38,973 bases of DNA from a virus (taxonomy: Duplodnaviria > Caudoviricetes), in IMG/VR virus record IMGVR_UViG_3300031520_000196, positions 1 to 38,973 of that record; one strand, written 5' to 3'. The translations under genes and the position numbers were made by a program. Below, one piece after another: positions 8,709-18,102 of this stretch. Below the pieces are notes generated by a model. That model saw only the letters and a list, made by a program, of their open reading frames with translations. It was not told where the DNA came from and ran no database searches. Each line of letters starts with the position of its first letter. The first letter of the stretch is position 1.

Positions 8709-9295
8709 GGCATCACCTGTGTAATGAATGGATGTGTTGGTCCAGTTTGCATATGGCATCTGCAATGAGGATGCGCGGGTGGATGCATATCTCCGCTGGG
8801 GAAGGCTTGATGCACGGGAATAGCACCAACTTGCATATTGGCGACGCAATCGTCACACGCGTCATGGAACGCATACCACTGCTTGAGCGTTACGATTTCT
8901 GGTTGGTCTCCGGGATAGCTTGATGCTGGTGGCGTCTTTGGTTGCCCTGCTCCGCCGCCGTTGGGCCAATTCCACGGTGGTACTGGAAACAGCGGTGGTA
9001 GTAGAATTGGCACTACTGGCTGCCGCTTCTTATGGTCGTGTGCGTTGGCTGGTCCTGCGTGCTCATCTGGCTCTGCTGGGCCTGCATTCTCACCCTTTGG
9101 GTCTGGCTCGTCTGGTCCAACTTCGTCAACCCACAGGCCATGACGTTTCTCTACGATGCTCCCAAACACGTTCTGGGCCTCGCTGATCTGTGCATCATGG
9201 TCCTCCTCTCCGAACGCCTGACCGTCAGGGAGACGCGAATGCGTCGTTGCAGGTCGGAATACGGAGTCGCACTCTGGACCGCAAAACTCGCACAT
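8705..9295 (-). CDS. Minor head protein (Mu gpF/SPP1 gp7-like C-terminal domain only)
   Basis: KQW...ACDDC...FPSGDMHPPAHPHCRC; the N-terminal half is low complexity. Confidence 0.7.
   Translation of the reverse strand: MCEFCGPECDSVFRPATTHSRLPDGQAFGEEDHDAQISEAQNVFGSIVEKRHGLWVDEVGPDEPDPKGENAGPAEPDEHAGPANAHDHKKRQPVVPILLPPLFPVPPWNWPNGGGAGQPKTPPASSYPGDQPEIVTLKQWYAFHDACDDCVANMQVGAIPVHQAFPSGDMHPPAHPHCRCHMQTGPTHPFITQVMP
9200..9268 (+). repeat. Three-way-junction motif copy 3 (P1 mismatched; inside the minor head ORF)
   Basis: TCCGAACGCC-TGA-CCgtcaGG-GA-GACGCgaatGCGTC-GTT-GCAGGTCGGA; the first 25 nt are identical to 3839-3863. Confidence 0.8.
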
Positions 9296-9666
9296 TACGC
9301 CGCGCCTTGTATGTGCTGTATTACTTCTGCTGGTGCTGCTGGTGCGACAGGAGCAACTGCATTCTGCTTGAGCGCGTACACGGCCGACTCGATGGCTGCG
9401 TCAATCAACGCTGGAGCTATCTTGATGTGCACTGCTGCCAGCATATCGACAATGATGTTCTTGGCGGCCATACGCTTATCGCTGCCAGGTGATCCGCTGT
9501 AGATCTGCTCAACCGCGGTGACAGCGGTGTTCGCAATGCTTGTGATAAGTTGGTGCTGGTTTTCTGGCAAGCGTGTCCAGAAGTATTTCGCGACGACCGC
9601 GATCAGTGCGAAGAGGATAGGCAGGACAACGGGAAAGAGGTCCGCGACGATGATTTGAATGTCCAT
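9295..9666 (-). CDS. Holin, LL-H family-like
   Basis: N-terminal TM helix, AVTAVEQ, GSDKR, IDAAIESAV; adjacent to the lysin. Confidence 0.8.
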   Translation of the reverse strand: MDIQIIVADLFPVVLPILFALIAVVAKYFWTRLPENQHQLITSIANTAVTAVEQIYSGSPGSDKRMAAKNIIVDMLAAVHIKIAPALIDAAIESAVYALKQNAVAPVAPAAPAEVIQHIQGAA

Positions 9667-9743
9667 GTGAAAGTCTCCTTTGTTTGGTGAATGGTGAGAT
9701 GTGTGTAAACTTTGGTGTAAACCAAGGGGGTGTAAGTTGGTGG

Positions 9744-10679
9744 TTACGCGTGCCGTGTGATGGCGTCGTGCAAGTTTGAGACTGCATGCTCGACATGCGT
9801 TGCCGCGTCATTCAGGTCGTTGTAGATCGAGATTGGCAGCGTTGGCGCGGTCTCGTGCTGCTGAACGAGCTTTCTCAGAGCGATGATTTCCTGGCCTGTC
9901 CACATGCGGAAGACTCCACGCTTCTGCGTCCACTCGAACGTGGTCATGCGACATACTTGCTGAGTTCCAGGCTCGATACCTGGGTTGCTCACTTCCATCT
10001 GGTCCGCGCCGTGTTCTAGCTCAAGCGGCCAATCTGCCGGGTCGTAGTATGCTGCGTTGATGACTGCCAGACGAAAGCCTTTGACCATAGCGATGCCGTT
10101 GGGGGCGGTCAACTTCTGGCCGTCGTCTTTCCAACCTGCGGCCTGTAAACGTTGTAGTGTAGACATAGGGGGTATATTCTCCTGTGGGTGAAGAGGTGCC
10201 AGCGGCCATACTTCGCTAAATTCAAGCATGCTGGCCCAGACTGCATCTGAGAGCACAACGTCTTGTGTGCTGTAGGGATCGCGTGCGGTAAGCGTTCCTG
10301 CTGGCTCATCCATGCCATAAAAGATGATGGCGTGACTCCAGCCGAGTGTCGGGTCCACGTAAGGATCAGGCTCGGTTCCGATTGCTGCAACGCCAAGAGC
10401 AAGTTGCGCACGGATCGCCTTCACGAGTGCTGGACCGTCGCCCTTGATAGCAAACAGCCTCACATTCTGCGCTGCGCAGTAGTCTATGTAGGCATCTGCC
10501 GACGTGCCACCAACATAGGCTGGTCCGTATACGAGGTCTTTGATGTTGGCTGCATTGTAGTCTCTGCCTGTGAGGTAACTGAGAGCGTCAGCAATGCATG
10601 TCGGAACGCAATCAAACTGCATATTTTTTTCGTTGATGTCTGCCAACTGACTCTTGTTTGGAAAGTTCTTGAGGTACAT
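9744..10679 (-). CDS. Peptidase C39-like cysteine protease, probable endolysin
   Basis: SQL...DCVPTC (Cys), WSHAII (His), ARDP (Asp); start at MYLKNF (ATG 10679) after AAGGAAA; upstream of the holin. Confidence 0.7.
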   Translation of the reverse strand: MYLKNFPNKSQLADINEKNMQFDCVPTCIADALSYLTGRDYNAANIKDLVYGPAYVGGTSADAYIDYCAAQNVRLFAIKGDGPALVKAIRAQLALGVAAIGTEPDPYVDPTLGWSHAIIFYGMDEPAGTLTARDPYSTQDVVLSDAVWASMLEFSEVWPLAPLHPQENIPPMSTLQRLQAAGWKDDGQKLTAPNGIAMVKGFRLAVINAAYYDPADWPLELEHGADQMEVSNPGIEPGTQQVCRMTTFEWTQKRGVFRMWTGQEIIALRKLVQQHETAPTLPISIYNDLNDAATHVEHAVSNLHDAITRHA

Positions 10680-10709
10680 GCTTGTGTTTCCTTGCTTGTG
10701 GACTCTGTA

Positions 10710-10757
10710 TTCCGAGTCGCTGACTGTGTAGACTTGAAAAGTCGTTGCGACTCGGAA
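10710..10757 (+). repeat. Three-way-junction motif copy 4
   Basis: TTCCGAGTCGC-TGA-CtgtG-TA-GACTTgaaAAGTC-GTT-GCGACTCGGAA. Confidence 0.85.
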
Positions 10758-10985
10758 AGGAGGACGTTTTGCGTTTATTTGAGGCTGGCGTAAAGGAAGT
10801 GGATACCTTATGAGGAAAACGCTTTGCGGAGTGCCACGCCTCGTATACGCGTTGTGGTGGTGGTTGTAGGGAGTGGGGGGAAGCTGTCTGATGAAGAAGG
10901 GAGGGTAAACTCCGGGACATGCGTTGTTTGTAGGGAAAAAGAGCACCCTCCCTCTCTCTACTACTATTCTACCTGATCAGTCTAA

Positions 10986-13046
10986 TTATGCGCCTTGCAA
11001 CAGGAAGTGTTGTTCGTAGTGCGCGGTCGCGGCGTCGAACTGCACTGTACTCTCGATGATACGAGCGCTGCCGCCCTGTCCGCTGCCAGTTGGCGCAGCG
11101 CTATCAGTAACGGTGATCACGTCGCTTATCTGTAATCCAGGGTTGGCCGGTACGGTCACGCTGTGCGCGAGTTGTGAGCGCTGCTGCTCTGCGATCAAGA
11201 AGCCGGCTTTGAGCGAACACTGCGCGGTTGTAGTGAGTTTCTGGTCCGTGTGATGCACCATACGCTCTAATCCAACCAGTGAGGCGTGTGTATCATCGTA
11301 TGCCTCGGCGGTGGTGAGTGAGCCGGCCTGTCCTCCAAATGGAGGCTTGCCACTCACGATGATGTGGTTGGCGCGGAGATCATCGGTGCCAAATGACACT
11401 AACTCAACCTCTGGTCTGTACGTCCACATCGACGTGACATTTGTGGACCGATCTATCACCTGCAGCGTCTCGCTCTGGTCGAGGAAGTACACGAGATCAT
11501 AGACTGATGCAAGCTCGTTGAGCGCGGCGCGATAGGTCTGGCCTGCGTGCAGTGTGAACGTTGGTACGGTCTGATTGATCTGTCCGGCCGCTGGAATATT
11601 CACGAAGAAAATTCCAGCTCGTGCGCAGACTTCGGCCACAAGCCAGGACATGCTTTGATTGGTGTAGGTGAGTTGATATCTCGATTCAGTATCGAGATTA
11701 CGACTCACATCATAGGCCACGAGTCGTATGCGATTCTCCTCTGGTGTGCGTTCAAATGTGATCTGCTGAATGTGGTAGCGCCCGACGTTCACGACTTCTT
11801 TGCCATTGGTTGTGAAGTATCCTTCGCTGAGCACAAGCATAGTATTTGGTCCCATCGGCGCGTATGCCCCACCAGTACAGACAAAACTGCTGTAGACACC
11901 ACTGGCGTTATCAATCAGCACATCGAGGCGCGCTGGTTTGTCCTGGCGATCTGTGCGCCTGTAGCTCAATACAGCGTTGCTCAGGTCTTTATACTGCGCC
12001 GTGTTGGAGGCTGCGTACATCGGCGCGGAAAAGATGGCTGCCTTGCCTGTGACATAGTATCTCGCGCCGCTTGTGCCGCTATTGGGACCATTGGGCAGCG
12101 CAAGGGCGTTTACTCCATAATTGGATGAGAGTCCATGCACAATGAGACCGTTGGACCAGTGCTGCATATCTGGTGACTGCCTCAAGCGGGGGTAGCTATA
12201 CACGCTGCCGGTCATCAGTCCTGAGTCGCCCTCGATGCAGGCCAGCGTCATGAGCTGCGCTGCCGCGTCATACGACAAACGCGGACCAGTTCTGATCAGC
12301 GCGGTACTCGTCGTTGGTGTGATTGTCTGCACATTGGACCAGGTGCCGCCACTTGTGTTGTACGTACACTGCTTGAGCGAATAACCATCACTGTAGACGA
12401 TGTTATAGACTCCGCTCGGCCCTGGCGCACCATACCAGGCGGCGAGTCCTGAGCCTTGACTAAATGTCGCGAGCGTCCAGGGGACAAGCGGTCCCCAGTT
12501 CGTCGTGATGATCGAGAAGCCAATTCTTTCGCCCCCCGCGACATCGTAGATGAGAAACACATCGTTGTTGCCCGCGCTGGCGATGCCTTTGATCAGTGCG
12601 CCTCCTGGGGGTGACAAGACAATGCCTGGACCATTCCAGGTGACTCCGTTGTTGCTGCTGTACCAGTTGTAGAGCGCGTTGCCGCCTGTGCCCTGCTGGG
12701 CGAAGATGCGGATCGTGTTGCCACTATTCAGAGAGATCGCCACGCCGCCATCCTGGAACATATTTGCTGTGCCGCCGGGTAGATTCGTCCAGGTTGTCCA
12801 TTGTGAGGCAACGGAGGGGTCAGTAATCCTCTGGAATTGCGCACTGGAGGTGAAGCCGCTGCGGGTGACTTGCGCCCGGATAATCGAGTTATCGGGCGCA
12901 ACAAGCGCATCGCTATACGCGTCAGGGTTGCCGGGACTTTGGTAGAGCGTATAGTGTTGGATGTGATCTTCCGCTGTAAGCGTCAAGGCGGGTCTGCGTG
13001 TGCTGGCGTTGATCGCTGTTTGAAGTGTTGTGGTTAAAGTTCTCAA
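10986..13046 (-). CDS. Large virion protein: propeller-like N-terminus with baseplate hub/tail-like C-terminus
   Basis: 686 aa; Asp-box-like SSNNGVTW; C-terminal pattern (YRAALNELA..YFLDQ..PGLQISDVITVTD) resembles hub proteins; TTG start. Confidence 0.6.
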   Translation of the reverse strand: MRTLTTTLQTAINASTRRPALTLTAEDHIQHYTLYQSPGNPDAYSDALVAPDNSIIRAQVTRSGFTSSAQFQRITDPSVASQWTTWTNLPGGTANMFQDGGVAISLNSGNTIRIFAQQGTGGNALYNWYSSNNGVTWNGPGIVLSPPGGALIKGIASAGNNDVFLIYDVAGGERIGFSIITTNWGPLVPWTLATFSQGSGLAAWYGAPGPSGVYNIVYSDGYSLKQCTYNTSGGTWSNVQTITPTTSTALIRTGPRLSYDAAAQLMTLACIEGDSGLMTGSVYSYPRLRQSPDMQHWSNGLIVHGLSSNYGVNALALPNGPNSGTSGARYYVTGKAAIFSAPMYAASNTAQYKDLSNAVLSYRRTDRQDKPARLDVLIDNASGVYSSFVCTGGAYAPMGPNTMLVLSEGYFTTNGKEVVNVGRYHIQQITFERTPEENRIRLVAYDVSRNLDTESRYQLTYTNQSMSWLVAEVCARAGIFFVNIPAAGQINQTVPTFTLHAGQTYRAALNELASVYDLVYFLDQSETLQVIDRSTNVTSMWTYRPEVELVSFGTDDLRANHIIVSGKPPFGGQAGSLTTAEAYDDTHASLVGLERMVHHTDQKLTTTAQCSLKAGFLIAEQQRSQLAHSVTVPANPGLQISDVITVTDSAAPTGSGQGGSARIIESTVQFDAATAHYEQHFLLQGA

Positions 13047-13389
13047 TGGCCCTCAAAAGCTCTCGTATGTAGAATGGTTTGGGGAGTATCTTGATACCGA
13101 CAAGTTCCTGTGTTCTACGATGTATCTCGTAGCTACTGGCTGCCGATATCATGATGATGGGGATATCCTGGCGCAATAGCTGTGCTGCCTTTGCAATATG
13201 CTCACCTTGCATCTTTCCTGGCAAGCAGAGGTCAACGATGAGAATGTCTACATGTGCTATGTCACTCAGAAGCTGCTCCGCTTCCTTGTACACCTGTGCT
13301 TTATGTCCTGCTAACTCTACTGTGAGTCGTATCATGTCGCATATGTCATTTGTCAGATAAAAAATGACGTTTGCCAGATAACCTGCCAC
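12922..13389 (-). CDS. Stand-alone response regulator receiver domain (atypical N-terminus)
   Basis: DILIVDLCLPGKMQG, PIIMISA and ILPKPF; N-terminal acidic pair missing; the tail overlaps the next gene by 125 nt. Confidence 0.7.
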   Translation of the reverse strand: MAGYLANVIFYLTNDICDMIRLTVELAGHKAQVYKEAEQLLSDIAHVDILIVDLCLPGKMQGEHIAKAAQLLRQDIPIIMISAASSYEIHRRTQELVGIKILPKPFYIRELLRAIENFNHNTSNSDQRQHTQTRLDAYSGRSHPTLYALPKSRQP

Positions 13390-13762
13390 GCTGCCAAGCG
13401 CGTTCAGCCAACTGGTTCTGCCTCATAATGTGGCGGAACATCCTTTTCTTCTTCCACTCCGTTTTTTCTTGTCTTTTTGGCTCTGTTTTTTAGCGTTCTG
13501 CCAAGATATGCGGCGGAAACGCCATTTTACTTGGCAAAGAAGAAAGCCGCTCTAGTAGCCACTTCCTGCTATCTACTCGTCGCGAGTGCCAAGTTATGAG
13601 GCACGCATTAACCCATTTCCTGTCATTGGATCAAACTCTTTCCGCACCTAAATCGTCCCAAATGGATGAATTCTACTGTTCCGGCATTTTATGTGGCAGA
13701 GATTTCCATGAGAAATCGTCTCAAAGCTCTTCACAGGCCACCTGTTGGCATTTTATCTGGCA
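13351..13762. repeat. Array of imperfect palindromic boxes, consensus YGCC-N9-GGCR
   Basis: Copies at 13372 (rev), 13420, 13500, 13521, 13588, 13683, 13747, plus a degenerate one at 13351 (rev), e.g. GGCATTTTATGTGGCA and GGCATTTTATCTGGCA. Confidence 0.7.
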
Positions 13763-13899
13763 AAAATCCGCCAGTAATCGGGTTCATACACAGCTTTGGT
13801 GAATCAGCTCGGTTGCTTCTTTCAGAGTATCTCTTCCTCAGTGATGATACACTCTTCGTGATACCTATTTTTCTCCGGTATCGCGAGGAGCTGACGTTG

Positions 13900-15495
13900 A
13901 TGGAAAAATCGCCTTTTTTGCCTCTTCTGGAAGGGTTGTGCATGATACAGATCCTCCAAGAGGAGACACTACTTACTGTCGAAGTGACCTCTGAGCGCTT
14001 GTCTTCGTGTTGCCCACTTTGTGCTCAAACGTCGGTTTCGGTTCATAGCCAGTTTACACGGATGCTACGAGATGTCCCGTGTGGAGGCTGCAGAGTTCGC
14101 CTTCGTCTTCTTGTACAGAAGTTCTTTTGTCGGAATCCTTTCTGCCAGCGGAAAATTTTCACGGAACGCCTCCCTACTTTTGTAGAACCCTGGGCACAGA
14201 TGACGCTTCGGCTCAATCGAACCCTTCAGATGATTGGTCTCGCCACATGTGGCAGCTTGGGAGCACGACTTGCGGCTCATCTGGGCATTTCTGTCTCGTG
14301 GATGACCATTGTCCGACGTATCATGGATATTCCCACCCCAGCCGCTGGTCTGGTCACTGTTGTAGGCATCGATGATTTTTCGTTTCGCCGAGGGCGCACG
14401 TTCGGCACCATTCTCGTTGATCTTGATCGCCATCAGGTGATTGACCTCCTCAACGAACGCTCCTCGAAGAGTTCTGCTACCTGGATGCGTACTCATCCTG
14501 AACTTGAGTATGTGAGCCGAGATCGTGGCAACGACTACACTCAAGGAGCCAACGAAGGGGCTCCTCAAGCCATCCAAGTTGCAGATCGTTTTCATGTGAC
14601 CAAAAACCTGGTCGAGTCGATTGAACCTGTGATTGCACGCTGTTACAAGCACATACGCCACGCTCAACTTCCACTTCCCTCGCCAGTGCTTCCTCAGCCA
14701 AGAGAGTGGCGACAAGTTTCTGATGGGGATGCGGAACGAAAACGCGTCGCACGGCTCACCGAAAACCAAGACCGATTTGAGCAGGTCAAAGCATTGCACC
14801 TGCGCGGCCTCAAGCAAGAGGAAATTGCTCGACGACTCGGAATGGCAGTGCGGACCGTGCAATGATGGCTTGAGCGAGGGACGTGTCCTGGGAGCCAGCG
14901 TCGGCGCAAGCGGCGCAGTATCTTTGATCCGTATGCTCCTTACGTTTTGCGGCGGTGGCAAGAAGGATGCCGAGATATATCGCTCCTGTGGCAGGAGATC
15001 CAGAAGCAAGGGTTTTCGGGAGAGATACGCACTGTGTATCGGTTCATCCGGGCACTTCATCAGGACCCCATCGAGCTTCCTCGTGCTTCCGTCCTTGACC
15101 GTGTCTCCGTTCAAGAAGCGATCTGGCTCATCGTTCGCCCTCCCGATGATCTGAAAGCAGATGAGCGTACAGATTGCCAGGAATTGTGCCAGGCCAGCCG
15201 AGAACTTTCCACACTCTATGCGCTTGTTCAATCCTTTGGGCAGATCGTGCGCAAGCGCGAAGGACATCGGCTGGAAAAGTGGAAACAGCAAGTTGCCGAG
15301 AGTGGACTGACCGAAGTACAGCGTTTTGCCAAGGGACTGGAACGAGACAAAGAGGCTGTGCTCGCTGGGCTCACGGTCATCTACTCTAACGGTCAGGTGG
15401 AAGGCCACGTCAACAAGCTCAAATTGCTCAAAAGAACCATGTACGGCAGAGCTGGGTTTCCCCTACTCCGCCAACGTGTGCTTCATGCGCTGTAG
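13900..15495 (+). pseudogene. ISL3 transposase with in-frame TGA at 14863-14865
   Basis: CPLC..FFC zinc finger, VGIDDF, SRDR, VADRFH, SNGQVEGHVNKLK..KRTMYGR; the frame continues through VQ*WL (probably CGA>TGA); RBS GAGGAG before ATG 13900. Confidence 0.92.
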
Positions 15496-15741
15496 CACAC
15501 GCAAACCGTGATCTTCTTCTTGTACCACCATCCTAGCACAAAACACGCTCCGTGTCTGTAATGCCCCTTACAGTCTCTGATTGGAAGTTCTCATATACTG
15601 TATCATGAACACGTCCTCGTCGTACCGTTGTGTCTTTCAACAAGGACTGTCTGTAGTGAACAAGATCGTAGAGACTTGTCTCGCGAAGACGCGTTGTCTC
15701 AACATGGAGAAAATCACATAGGATCAAGAAAGGGTTGATGT

Positions 15742-16482
15742 ATGACAATGAACACCTCTCATCCACAAAAACTCTACCTTCTCCCGCTTTCGACCTCAAC
15801 CATCCCTGTAGCACCTGGTCGAACGCTGGAAATGGTCTCAGGATGCTATCTCATCGAGACAAGAGATGGGAAGCATATCCTGATTGATAGCGGACTTCCT
15901 GCCGACTACATGCCACCAGTAGAGCTGCCGCCAGCCGAGAATGAAAAAAATGTGATCACGCATCTCGGTGATCTTGGTTTGCGTCCTGACGATATTGATA
16001 TCCTCATCTGCACCCATTTTGATATAGATCATGCGGGATATCACGATGCCTTTCCAAAGGCGGAACTCATCGTTCAGCGTGAACACTATGCGCTAGCGCG
16101 GAGTGGACACCCACGTTTTGCCGTCGCACGCGCTCACTGGGATCATCCGGGCTTGCAGTACCGACTGATCGATGGAGATACCGACCTCCTGCCTGGCCTG
16201 ACCTTGCTTGAGACCAGTGGGCATACACATGGACATCAGTCAGTCCTCGTGCGCCTGCCGCAGGTCGGTCCGGTGCTTCTGGCTATCGATGCAGTCGTAA
16301 TGCAACGCCTATTTACCCCTGATCGTCAGGCATGGCCGACGGATGAGAACGAGGCGCAACTGCGTGCCAGTACACGAAAACTCTTGGCTCTCGTTGAGCG
16401 CGAGCATGTCGCATTGGTTATCTTTGGTCATGATGGTCGGCAATGGCAAACGCTCAAGAAAGCACCAGCATATTATGAATAA
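15742..16482 (+). CDS. Metallo-beta-lactamase-fold hydrolase, N-acyl homoserine lactonase-like
   Basis: ILIDSG, THFDIDHAG, TSGHTHGHQS, LAIDA, IFGHD. Confidence 0.85.
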   Translation: MTMNTSHPQKLYLLPLSTSTIPVAPGRTLEMVSGCYLIETRDGKHILIDSGLPADYMPPVELPPAENEKNVITHLGDLGLRPDDIDILICTHFDIDHAGYHDAFPKAELIVQREHYALARSGHPRFAVARAHWDHPGLQYRLIDGDTDLLPGLTLLETSGHTHGHQSVLVRLPQVGPVLLAIDAVVMQRLFTPDRQAWPTDENEAQLRASTRKLLALVEREHVALVIFGHDGRQWQTLKKAPAYYE

Positions 16483-16764
16483 TTCTCTTACACCATCACG
16501 GGGAAACAGCGTATTTGTCTTTTGGTAAATGCCCTGAAGAGTGAGCATCTTTCTCTGCCCCATTGTTCCCTTCAGTTTTCACGTTGTGATGCACTTCTCA
16601 CACTGTGTTTTGTTCGATTCAAGCAAGCAAGCGGATTCACCAAAGCTGTGTATGAACCAGTAATCGAGTCAAATGACACATATGGCTTCGTTATCGTCTA
16701 GTATGCCAACTCTCATATCTTTCTGGCCTTTTCGGTATGTGCCGTTTCGATAGTAGCCTCCTTG

Positions 16765-16812
16765 CGGTTTTGCTGACCGTCAGGTAGACTCGCACGAGTC
16801 GTTGCAAAACTG
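16765..16812 (+). repeat. Three-way-junction motif copy 5
   Basis: CGGTTTTGC-TGA-CCgtcaGG-TA-GACTCgcacGAGTC-GTT-GCAAAACTG. Confidence 0.85.
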
Positions 16813-16853
16813 AACAAGAGTAGTTGCAGCATACTACATCTATAGGCTATCGT

Positions 16854-17153
16854 CTATGTCTCATCCTGCTTCTCTATGAGTGATATCGCCCCGACTTCGC
16901 CTCGCATCTGTCTCATGAGTGCTGCCAGGAAGATGTTGGTGTTCTGCTGTGGCGTGCCCGCTTCGACGGTTTGGCGAATCATGAGCATACGTGCCTCTTG
17001 GCCGATGAGCTTGGCAGCGCTATCGATGCGCTCTTTCGTGGTCATCTCCTCAATATTCAGGCTCACAAGCAAATCATCTATGATGCTCTCCATGCGCTCG
17101 ATCTGGCGGTTGGCCCTGCGCATCGTATCGTTTTCCTGCTGCTGCTCTGCCAT
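16854..17153 (-). CDS. Helical hypothetical protein (possible terminase small subunit)
   Basis: 99 aa, all-helical pattern, RBS GAAAGG; function is a guess. Confidence 0.55.
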   Translation of the reverse strand: MAEQQQENDTMRRANRQIERMESIIDDLLVSLNIEEMTTKERIDSAAKLIGQEARMLMIRQTVEAGTPQQNTNIFLAALMRQMRGEVGAISLIEKQDET

Positions 17154-17167
17154 GATAACAAGCCTTT

Positions 17168-17761
17168 CTACATGATGTAGCCATAGGTATACAGCGTAAT
17201 AGTGCATGCGCCTGTGTTGGCCTTGATATCAATGCTGCCACTCGCGTCAAGCGGCACGATACCATTGGCGTTGATAGTCACGTTGGCGACCGGTGTATTG
17301 CCGAAACTGGTATACGCGCTAATATCGCCCCCATGTGGTGCGATCTGCACGTAAGCCCCCACGGTTGCACTGACAAAAAACGCTTTGAACACGATACCAA
17401 GCGCTCCGACTGCGATACCTCCAACGCCTGCGATGCTCTGTGCTTGTAGTACGCCACTTGCGAGTGCCAGGCTATTGACCTGGTTGTAGCCTGGTACAAA
17501 CACAATCCGGCCTGGCGCGGGTGTTGGTACGCCACTACTGCCATTCGGGTAGATGGCAAGTATGCAGCCGTCCGAGAGGTTGTGCTCATCAAACAGAAGC
17601 ACAGCGCAGTATGCACCAACGGTCGCGCTGGTTCCATCGACTGACGTGTTGACCGGCACGCCTTGCAACTGCGTCGAAGTCGCTTCCATGAGCAGTATAT
17701 CGGCGGTGTAACTCGCCGGGTAGAACTTGATGAGGATGCCGCGTCTGATGACCTGTGCCAT
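17168..17761 (-). CDS. Virion protein, possible OB-fold spike-like N-terminus
   Basis: RRGILIKF..YTADI..LQGVPV..GAYCAVL resembles spike OB folds; beta-sandwich C-terminus. Confidence 0.55.
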   Translation of the reverse strand: MAQVIRRGILIKFYPASYTADILLMEATSTQLQGVPVNTSVDGTSATVGAYCAVLLFDEHNLSDGCILAIYPNGSSGVPTPAPGRIVFVPGYNQVNSLALASGVLQAQSIAGVGGIAVGALGIVFKAFFVSATVGAYVQIAPHGGDISAYTSFGNTPVANVTINANGIVPLDASGSIDIKANTGACTITLYTYGYIM

Positions 17762-17776
17762 GATGAATGCATGCCT

Positions 17777-18097
17777 TTACGGATGGGGAAGAATATCGAG
17801 TTCAAACACAAACGTCTCTGGTCCAGTGGTTGGAAAGCTGACCGTGATATACATCAGCCATCCGCCGACAGTGCTTGTGTCAGCGCTCAGCCACTGGTAG
17901 GCTGCCTGACCATTGCTGATCGTCCAGGCACCGGCGCACGTCTTGATCTGCGTCCTGTCGCTGGTACTCTGCATCTTCATGGCGAAGTTGGCCGCGGTGA
18001 CACCAGTCAGCGCAATCGCATTGCCGAGTCCATCGGCGAATTGTGGTGTGAGGACAGGCGATGTGTCGCCCTGGTACATGACATAGCCATTACTCAT
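17777..18097 (-). CDS. BppU N-terminal-like baseplate protein
   Basis: QGDTSP..L..G..IALTG...GQAAYQW..ADT..G....VSFP..G.ETF pattern. Confidence 0.65.
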   Translation of the reverse strand: MSNGYVMYQGDTSPVLTPQFADGLGNAIALTGVTAANFAMKMQSTSDRTQIKTCAGAWTISNGQAAYQWLSADTSTVGGWLMYITVSFPTTGPETFVFELDILPHP

Positions 18098-18102
18098 TCT
18101 AT

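Larger units (their letters stand above)
13781..16658 (+). mobile_element. ISL3-family element with passenger gene
   Basis: Perfect 25 bp terminal IRs GGTTCATACACAGCTTTGGTGAATC (13781-13805 / 16634-16658); 8 bp target duplication AGTAATCG (13773-13780 / 16659-16666). Confidence 0.95.

Noticed and set aside
2643-14865. In-frame TAG and TGA as possible stop-codon recoding
   Set aside because: Both codons terminate many other genes here; single C>T nonsense changes are the simpler explanation.
14065-15408. 447 aa minus-strand ORF
   Set aside because: Antisense shadow of the ISL3 transposase; no motifs.
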